From the NCBI GenBank assembly GCA_036336885.1, contig JAYZFG010000015.1, positions 70,813 to 134,812 on the forward strand: a stretch of 64,000 bases of DNA, written 5' to 3'. Under the pieces are notes generated by a model. It saw nothing but the letters and a program-made list of their open reading frames with translations. It did no database searches and was not told the DNA's origin. Below, piece by piece: positions 58,242 through 64,000 of the stretch. Made by a program: the position numbers and the translations under genes. Each line of letters begins with the position of its first letter. The first letter of the stretch is position 1. Origin of the DNA: Pseudomonadota bacterium (GTDB lineage Bacteria > Pseudomonadota > Alphaproteobacteria > MPNO01 > UBA2964).

Positions 58242-59075
58242 ATGGATGGTGCAGGCAGTAATATTGCTTACAAAACGATTAGTGTCGTTCCCGCAAGTCC
58301 AACGGTGGGAGCGGAAATTGGTAATGTTGATTTAACAAAGCCACTGACCAATATGCAACTCGCTGAAGTTAAGCGGGCATTTACCGAGTATTGTGTCTTG
58401 TTTTTCCGAGACCAGAATATCAGCTTTGAGGACCATACAAGGCTCGCGGAGTATTTTGGGCCTATCGGAACCCATGTGGGAAAGAAAACCAATAGTAAGA
58501 TTACTGAAGACCCTCGCGTCCGAAAGTTCCACTTCGACGAAAACTCGGAAAAAATTTCCGGACATATTTGGCACACAGATCAATCGTGCGCCGAACTACC
58601 GCCGCTGGGTAGCATTCTTTATAATCATACCGTCCCCCCGAATGGCGGGGGAGATACAATGTTTGCAAGTATGTACGCCGCTTATGACGGCCTTTCGGAA
58701 CGAATGAAAAATTATTTGGAGGGAATGACTGCCTGGCATGATGGGGTTCCAACCTTTGGCCCAGGCACCCCTAATGCAACTCACCCAGTAATCGTTCGAC
58801 ACCCAGAGAGTGGTCGAAAGTTGATATATGTTAACCGGAGTTTCACGAAACGCATTAACGGCGTCTCATCAACCGAGAGCGAGGGTATTCTCCGCTTCCT
58901 TTGGGACCATTGTGCTTTACCTGAATTCTGCCACCGTTTCCGTTGGACACCACATTCAATTGCATTTTGGGATAACCGGTGTGCCCAACACCGAGCAACC
59001 AATGACTACCTGCCGAATGTACGCTCGGGATATAGGGTTCAAATCGAAGGCGTCGTCGGACCAATTGCCCCTTAG
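58242..59075 (+). CDS. TauD/TfdA-family Fe(II)/2-oxoglutarate dioxygenase
   Basis: The track start is GTG 58227. ATG 58242 gives 277 aa. VGAEIGNVDL, IWHTDQS (HxD) and FWDNRCAQHRAT are present. Confidence 0.88.
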   Translation: MDGAGSNIAYKTISVVPASPTVGAEIGNVDLTKPLTNMQLAEVKRAFTEYCVLFFRDQNISFEDHTRLAEYFGPIGTHVGKKTNSKITEDPRVRKFHFDENSEKISGHIWHTDQSCAELPPLGSILYNHTVPPNGGGDTMFASMYAAYDGLSERMKNYLEGMTAWHDGVPTFGPGTPNATHPVIVRHPESGRKLIYVNRSFTKRINGVSSTESEGILRFLWDHCALPEFCHRFRWTPHSIAFWDNRCAQHRATNDYLPNVRSGYRVQIEGVVGPIAP

Positions 59076-59232
59076 GAAATAAGGCAGAACAGAAAAATTT
59101 GGGATTCAATACAGTTTTCAATCTTTAATAAATTAAATTAAGGTCCTTAGCGAGTTTTCCCTGTGCGTTTCTTCCTGTATAAACTTTCCTGCTAATTAAA
59201 TTTATTTAAGAATTTTACAAAATGATTGATCA

Positions 59233-60087
59233 ATGAAACCTGCTGCATTTGAATATCACGCACCAAAAACAATTGATGAAGCAATTGAGCTATTGTCACA
59301 ACACGCGCCAAATGACGGACGTATCCTCGCGGGGGGGCAAAGTCTGGTGCCGACTATGGCTTTTAGATTAGCGCGCCCAACACATCTAATCGATATCAAC
59401 AATATTATCGACTTAAATTCCATAAGAATAGAAGGCGACGCACTTCATATTGGGGCCACGGTACGCCACGCGCAGTTTCACGAGCCCGTATGCGATGGAG
59501 TTTTGGGGCATTTACTAACCGATGTTGTTAAAAATATTGCACACTACCCTATCCGCCAACGGGGAACTTTCTGTGGCAGTATTGCGCATTCTGACCCCGC
59601 CTCCGAGTGGTGCATGGTTGCTGCAACGCTGGATGCAACCATGGTTGCAGCGAACAAAACCGGTGAAAGGCTTATACCAGCTGCAGAGTTCTTTGAAACC
59701 GTAATGACCACATCTCTTGAGCAGGAAGAATTGTTGCGGGAGGTTCGTATCCCACTACTAAGTGATGATACAGTCTATGGCTTCGAAGAGTTTAACCGCC
59801 GCGCCGGTGACTTTGCGATCTCAATGACACTCGTTACATATAGACAAAAAAACGGTAAAATAATTGATCCTCATATTGGTATTGGCGGGGCTGAAGATCG
59901 GCCACGTCGGATCGAAGAAGCCGAAAACGTTCTTACCGGCCAGGTACCTAATAGCGAGGTATTTCTGAAAGCTGCGAAAATCGCTTCTGAAACAATTGAC
60001 CCCATGGAAGATCATACTACGAACGCTCAATACCGTCGCGATTTAACCGCAACGCTGGTTCATAGGGCACTGGAGAAGACTAAATAA
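59233..60087 (+). CDS. Molybdo-hydroxylase FAD-binding medium subunit (CoxM/XdhB-like)
   Basis: 284 aa with the FEYHAPKTIDEAIELL start, AGGQSLVP (FAD motif) and a CO-dehydrogenase-flavoprotein C-terminal-like end (AQYRRDL). Confidence 0.88.
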   Translation: MKPAAFEYHAPKTIDEAIELLSQHAPNDGRILAGGQSLVPTMAFRLARPTHLIDINNIIDLNSIRIEGDALHIGATVRHAQFHEPVCDGVLGHLLTDVVKNIAHYPIRQRGTFCGSIAHSDPASEWCMVAATLDATMVAANKTGERLIPAAEFFETVMTTSLEQEELLREVRIPLLSDDTVYGFEEFNRRAGDFAISMTLVTYRQKNGKIIDPHIGIGGAEDRPRRIEEAENVLTGQVPNSEVFLKAAKIASETIDPMEDHTTNAQYRRDLTATLVHRALEKTK

Positions 60088-60569
60088 TGAGTACCAAAAA
60101 AGATATAGGCCTAACCATCAATGATCGTAAATATAACGTCTCGGTTGATCCTCGCTGGACTTTGGCCGATGTGATCCGAGACCATTGCGGCCAAACAGGA
60201 ACTCATCTCGGGTGTGAGCATGGAATTTGTGGTGCCTGTACAGTTTTAGTCGACGATACACCTGTGCGTTCGTGCCTTATGTTTGGCATTCAAGCCGATG
60301 GAAAAAAAATTCGTACTGTTGAAGGTCTAGCAGAGGGCGACGAATATCACCCGCTCCAAAAGGCATTCATGGAAAATCATGCCTTACAATGTGGATACTG
60401 CACCCCTGGTTTTTTGATGCTTGCAGCTGGAATTTTAGAAAATCAGCCTGATATCAGCGACGAAGACCTTGATGAAGTTCTTTCATCCAATCTTTGCCGC
60501 TGTACCGGTTATGCAAATATTGTAAAAGCAGTGCGCAGTGCACGCGACGAAATGAAGACAGCAAGCTGA
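60087..60569 (+). CDS. Molybdo-hydroxylase [2Fe-2S] small subunit (CoxS-like)
   Basis: 160 aa with two cluster motifs, CEHGICGACTV and QCGYCTPG...CRCTGY. Its start abuts the medium-subunit stop and its stop overlaps the large-subunit ATG (TGATG). Confidence 0.92.
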   Translation: MSTKKDIGLTINDRKYNVSVDPRWTLADVIRDHCGQTGTHLGCEHGICGACTVLVDDTPVRSCLMFGIQADGKKIRTVEGLAEGDEYHPLQKAFMENHALQCGYCTPGFLMLAAGILENQPDISDEDLDEVLSSNLCRCTGYANIVKAVRSARDEMKTAS

Positions 60570-62890
60570 TGGCCACCGCAACAAATAGAATGCTGGGACA
60601 CCTCGGAGATAGTGTCGTTCGGCTGGAAGACCCTCCTCTTGTTAGAGGCCAAGGCCGTTTCGTGGGTGATATCAATTTTCCGCACCAACTTCATATGCGG
60701 ATCGTTCGGAGCCCATACGCACATGGAACAATCAAATCAATCGATACTTCAACGGCTATAGCTTATCCAGGGGTCGTTGCCGTTTGGACAACAGATGATA
60801 TCCGGGATATTCCTCCCATCGATTTCCGTGAAGGTAGCGACCCTACATTAGCCCTATTTCGCCAGTATCCGCTGGCTCGTGAACTAGTACGTTATGTGGG
60901 TGACCCAGTAGCCGCCGTATTTGCAGAAGATCCATACACAGCCGAAGACGCCGCGGAGTTAGTCAGTCTTGAAATTGAACCGCTGCCTGTTTTGATCAAT
61001 GCAGATGATCCCCCCCAAGATTTCAAAGGCAAAGCAAAAACTGAGGCCGCTATTGTCGAACAGGGCTACGGCGATATCGAAGCTACATTTGCGTCGGCAT
61101 ATAAAGTCGTTGAGATTGATGTAAAAGTCAGCCGCCATACAGGCGTACCAATGGAATGCCGTGGGGCGATTGGCCGGTATGACGCCGCTCGTGATATCCT
61201 CGAAATGTATGGGGCGGCCAAAGTTCCCCACCGAAACCGGGAGACTTTATGTCGAATGTTGGATAGGCCAGCTTCTAGCGTGCATCTATTTGAAGGGCAT
61301 ACCGGAGGCGGTTTTGGTGTTCGCGGTGAGCTTTATCCCGAGGATGTTCTGGTTTGTGTCGCGGCGATGCGGTTGGAACGGCCTGTAAAGTGGATAGAAG
61401 ATCGTCAGGAACATTTGATGGCAGCTAACCACTCGCGCCAACAACGTCATATAATTCGTGCTGCTGTTGCAGAGGACGGTGAAGTAATAGGTCTCGATGA
61501 CGAGCTCTACCTTGATCAAGGTGGGTATATAAGAACACATGGAACCCGGGTTGCTAACATGACAACTGGTACTCTACCGGGACCATACCGTTTTCCCGTA
61601 TATAGGTCAGTATGTCATTTTTGTTTAACTAACAAGACACCGGCAGCGACATACCGGTCTCCTGGTCGCTGCGAGAGCACTTTCGTTCGTGAACGTTTAA
61701 TGGACGCCGTTGCAGTTGCGATGGAAATGGACCCAATCGCTGTCCGCCGCCGCAACCTGATCTCGCTGGAGGAAATGCCCTATGGCCGAGAACTCGACGT
61801 TCTTGGCGATTCTGTAGAACATGATCCGGGTGACTATGCCGGACTCCTAGATCAAGGTTTAACACAAATCGGTTGGGACAATTTACAGGCTACTCTCGCT
61901 CAAAGACGGGCCAATGGGGAATTAGTTGGCGCTGGTATCTCGATGTTTTTTGAAAAATCTGGTTTGGGACCATCCGATGGTGCCAAGATATTTGTGGACG
62001 GGACAGGCCATATCGAAATTGTCACAGGCGGCGCCTCTCTTGGTCAAGGCTTCGAAACTGCGATGGCACAAATTTGTGCGGAAGACCTAGGAACAGATTA
62101 CCGCCGCATTCGTGTCATTCACGGTCAAACAAACCGTATTGACTATGGCGTTGGTGCCCATGCATCTCGCGCCACCGTTCTCACTGGCACTGCCGTAAGT
62201 TTAACCGCACAAGCTGTCAGAAAAAAAGCGCTGGATATGGCCGCAGAACTGCTACAAACCACGGCTGAAGCACTCGATATCACCGATGGTGTTATTCACT
62301 CGAAAAATAATCCTAGCGGGCCGTCTCTAACCCTCGGAGAAGTTGCCGAAGCGTTAGCCCCAACATCCAAAGTGCGGGGAGGCCGCGAGCCATATTTAAA
62401 AGGGGAAGAGTGGTTTCATATCGACCACCAAACGTATCCATATGGACACCACATTGCGGTTGTAAATGTCGACCCAGGCACCGGCGGCGTGAAAATTGAA
62501 AAATATTTCATTGCTTACGATATCGGTCGTTCCATCAATCCGATGATGATTGAAGGGCAATTAGTAGGTGGTTTAGCGCAGGGTGTCGGGGGGGCGTTGT
62601 TTGAAGAATTCACGTATACAGAAAATGGTGATCCACAGTCTGTGACTTTCGCTGACTATCTAATGCCAACGTTAAACGAAACACCCAACCCGGAAATTCT
62701 GCTAACCGAAGACTTCCCAAGTATACGCACCCCACTTGGAATCAAAGGGGCTGGTGAAGCAGGAATTACCGGGGCAGCTGGGGCAATAGCATCAGCTATT
62801 GATGCAGCTATTGGAATTCCCGGCGCGATTACCGAGGTTCCAGTAACACCACAAAGACTGAAAAAAATATTAGATGAAAGCTCAATCTAA
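60569..62890 (+). CDS. Xanthine-dehydrogenase-family molybdopterin-binding large subunit (CoxL-like), with cognate M and S subunits
   Basis: The track ORF starts at 60494, inside coxS. ATG 60569 gives MATATNRMLGHLGDSVVRLEDPPLVRGQGRFVGD, 773 aa. The active-site loop is TPAATYRSPGRCE and the C-terminus has GIKGAGEAGITGAA. Confidence 0.9.
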   Translation: MATATNRMLGHLGDSVVRLEDPPLVRGQGRFVGDINFPHQLHMRIVRSPYAHGTIKSIDTSTAIAYPGVVAVWTTDDIRDIPPIDFREGSDPTLALFRQYPLARELVRYVGDPVAAVFAEDPYTAEDAAELVSLEIEPLPVLINADDPPQDFKGKAKTEAAIVEQGYGDIEATFASAYKVVEIDVKVSRHTGVPMECRGAIGRYDAARDILEMYGAAKVPHRNRETLCRMLDRPASSVHLFEGHTGGGFGVRGELYPEDVLVCVAAMRLERPVKWIEDRQEHLMAANHSRQQRHIIRAAVAEDGEVIGLDDELYLDQGGYIRTHGTRVANMTTGTLPGPYRFPVYRSVCHFCLTNKTPAATYRSPGRCESTFVRERLMDAVAVAMEMDPIAVRRRNLISLEEMPYGRELDVLGDSVEHDPGDYAGLLDQGLTQIGWDNLQATLAQRRANGELVGAGISMFFEKSGLGPSDGAKIFVDGTGHIEIVTGGASLGQGFETAMAQICAEDLGTDYRRIRVIHGQTNRIDYGVGAHASRATVLTGTAVSLTAQAVRKKALDMAAELLQTTAEALDITDGVIHSKNNPSGPSLTLGEVAEALAPTSKVRGGREPYLKGEEWFHIDHQTYPYGHHIAVVNVDPGTGGVKIEKYFIAYDIGRSINPMMIEGQLVGGLAQGVGGALFEEFTYTENGDPQSVTFADYLMPTLNETPNPEILLTEDFPSIRTPLGIKGAGEAGITGAAGAIASAIDAAIGIPGAITEVPVTPQRLKKILDESSI

Positions 62891-62926
62891 CAACGCGTTT
62901 CAAGATCAGACATTTGGAGACACATT

Positions 62927-64000
62927 ATGGCGAACAAAGACCTAAGAGACTGGATCACTGATCTGGAAGCGAACGACCAGCTGCAATTGGTGACTGGTGC
63001 CGACCGTGAAGAAGAAATTGGTGCCATCGTCGATATCTATATGCGACAGATGACTAACCCTGCTGTTATGTTTGACGATATTCCCGGCTACCCTAAAGGC
63101 TATCGTGTCCTCGCTAACATTCTAACTTCCGTACCGCGAATTAATCTGGCACTGGACGAACCGGTTAATAAATCAGAAGTAGAACTAGTCGATTATTGGC
63201 GTAAATACATGAAGGACCAACCTACACACGCCCCGTTAGAGGTGAATGGGGGGCCGATCTTGGACAACGTGTTCGAAGGCAAAGATATTGATATTACCAA
63301 AATACCAACCCCAAAATGGCATGAGCATGATGGTGGCTATTTTATCGGCACGGCTTGTATGGTGGTTATGAAAGACCCAGACTCCGGCTGGATAAATTAT
63401 GGTGCATATCGAGTACAAGCCCATGACTCTGTAACAGCCTCCTTGATGACCTCTAAAGGTAAACACGGTGACATCATACGGAATAAATATCATGATCGCG
63501 GCGAACCATGCCCAATCGCTGTCGTTGTCGGCATGCATCCAGCATTATTTATGGTTGCCGGACTTGAAATGCCATATGGGAAGAACGAATATGACTGTGC
63601 AGGAGGATTGCTGGGAGAAGGGGTAGAAATCATCAATATGCCAAAGACTGGCTTGCCGGTTCCTGCTAATGCAGAGATTGCATTTGAGGGTTTCATCCAT
63701 CCGGACGACCGAATTGATGAAGGGCCTCTTGGTGAGTGGACCGGCTACTACGCCGGTGGAGCAACCACCCAACCCGCCATTCGAATTGAAACGTTTATGC
63801 ATCGCGATGACCCTATTTTGCTTGGTGCTATACCCGCGGTTCCACCAAATGATGATACCTTCTATCGCGGCTCCTACCGCTGTGGGGCGGTTTGGAACCA
63901 GCTTGAAGCCGCTGGAATTCCTGAAGTTAAGGGCGTTTGGGCCCATGAAGCTGGGGGCAGCAGGATGTGGCTAACTGTCTCCATCAAACAGATGTATGGG
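62927..64000 (+). CDS. UbiD-family (prFMN-dependent) reversible decarboxylase, N-terminal 358 codons (3' end beyond window)
   Basis: Absent from the ORF track because it has no stop in the window. My translation from ATG 62927 (GGAGA 6 nt upstream) is open to 64000: MANKDLRDWITDLEANDQLQLV...WHEHDGGYFIGT...IDEGPLGEWTGYYAGG...SRMWLTVSIKQMYG. These are UbiD hallmarks. Confidence 0.88.
   Translation, partial: MANKDLRDWITDLEANDQLQLVTGADREEEIGAIVDIYMRQMTNPAVMFDDIPGYPKGYRVLANILTSVPRINLALDEPVNKSEVELVDYWRKYMKDQPTHAPLEVNGGPILDNVFEGKDIDITKIPTPKWHEHDGGYFIGTACMVVMKDPDSGWINYGAYRVQAHDSVTASLMTSKGKHGDIIRNKYHDRGEPCPIAVVVGMHPALFMVAGLEMPYGKNEYDCAGGLLGEGVEIINMPKTGLPVPANAEIAFEGFIHPDDRIDEGPLGEWTGYYAGGATTQPAIRIETFMHRDDPILLGAIPAVPPNDDTFYRGSYRCGAVWNQLEAAGIPEVKGVWAHEAGGSRMWLTVSIKQMYG

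Noticed and set aside
60494-60568. Long N-terminal extensions given by the ORF track. Affected ORFs are the CoxL-like 60494, plus 4184, 8978, 29890, 34398, 38994, 45663, 47266, 47334, 53824, 57035 and 58227.
   Set aside because: Each extension overlaps the neighbouring gene or adds residues foreign to the family N-terminus. Most of the downstream starts I chose have an SD-like sequence (53737 and 56975 have none or a weak one). The chosen starts restore the canonical N-terminus or the stop/start coupling (for example TGATG at 60567-60571). Start choices remain predictions.
59233-62890. Calling the CoxM/CoxS/CoxL-like set (and the orphan large subunits) aerobic carbon-monoxide dehydrogenase.
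   Set aside because: None of the four large subunits carries the form I VAYRCSFR loop or the exact form II AYRGAGR loop. No coxDEF-type accessory genes are present. I kept them as generic xanthine-dehydrogenase-family hydroxylases.
63236-63946. Minus-strand ORFs (100 aa, 68 aa, 133 aa) at the right end, which are the only track ORFs there.
   Set aside because: The plus strand carries an uninterrupted UbiD-family reading frame from 62927 to the window edge. It is missing from the track only because it has no stop in the window. The minus-strand ORFs are antisense shadows.

Overview
The window is a gene-dense (about 54 genes), almost entirely protein-coding stretch of a bacterial chromosome. 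GC content looks moderate by eye. The protein repertoire (TRAP transporter, many CoxL-like molybdoenzymes, cytoplasmic sulfatases) resembles a marine alphaproteobacterium, but that placement is inference only. I found no rRNA, tRNA, CRISPR array, transposase, integrase or phage gene.

The content is one large catabolic region.
- (i) An oxc-frc-acyl-CoA-ligase oxalate module sits opposite a TRAP transporter.
- (ii) A block of TcuA-like flavoprotein, LLM oxidoreductase, VanA-like Rieske oxygenase and SDR is followed by amidase, hydantoinase/oxoprolinase A+B, MFS transporter, RutE-like reductase and an alpha/beta hydrolase.
- (iii) Two paralogous leaderless Cys-type sulfatases bracket an SDR, a thiol-dioxygenase-like cupin, an ornithine-cyclodeaminase-family enzyme and an amidohydrolase_2 enzyme.
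- (iv) Two divergent operons are rich in N-heterocycle or aromatic ring-processing families: enamidase-like amidohydrolase, class II aldolase, FAH, quinone oxidoreductase, a maleate-isomerase-fold protein, FrsA/DHPON-hydrolase-like hydrolases, an extradiol dioxygenase and MmsA.
- (v) A block of amidohydrolase, amidase, TauD and deacetylase is followed by a PyrD/PyrK-like flavoenzyme pair and an operon joining a molybdo-hydroxylase large subunit, an XRE regulator and a TPR-oxygenase-like protein.
- (vi) A Zur-box-controlled orphan znuA is followed by a TauD-like gene, a complete CoxM/CoxS/CoxL-like set and a UbiD-family decarboxylase.

The observations I consider most worth following up are:
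- four paralogous Mo-hydroxylase large subunits served by a single FAD/[2Fe-2S] subunit pair;
- a class-1B PyrD/PyrK-like pair in a catabolic rather than biosynthetic context, with apparently altered substrate-contact residues;
- a maleate-isomerase-fold protein lacking both catalytic cysteines;
- a leaderless NMT1/THI5-like binding protein inside a Mo-hydroxylase/aminotransferase operon;
- the duplicated cytoplasmic sulfatase cluster.

All family calls rest on motif and colinearity recognition from the translated ORFs. No database search or computation was possible, so substrate-level statements are hypotheses.
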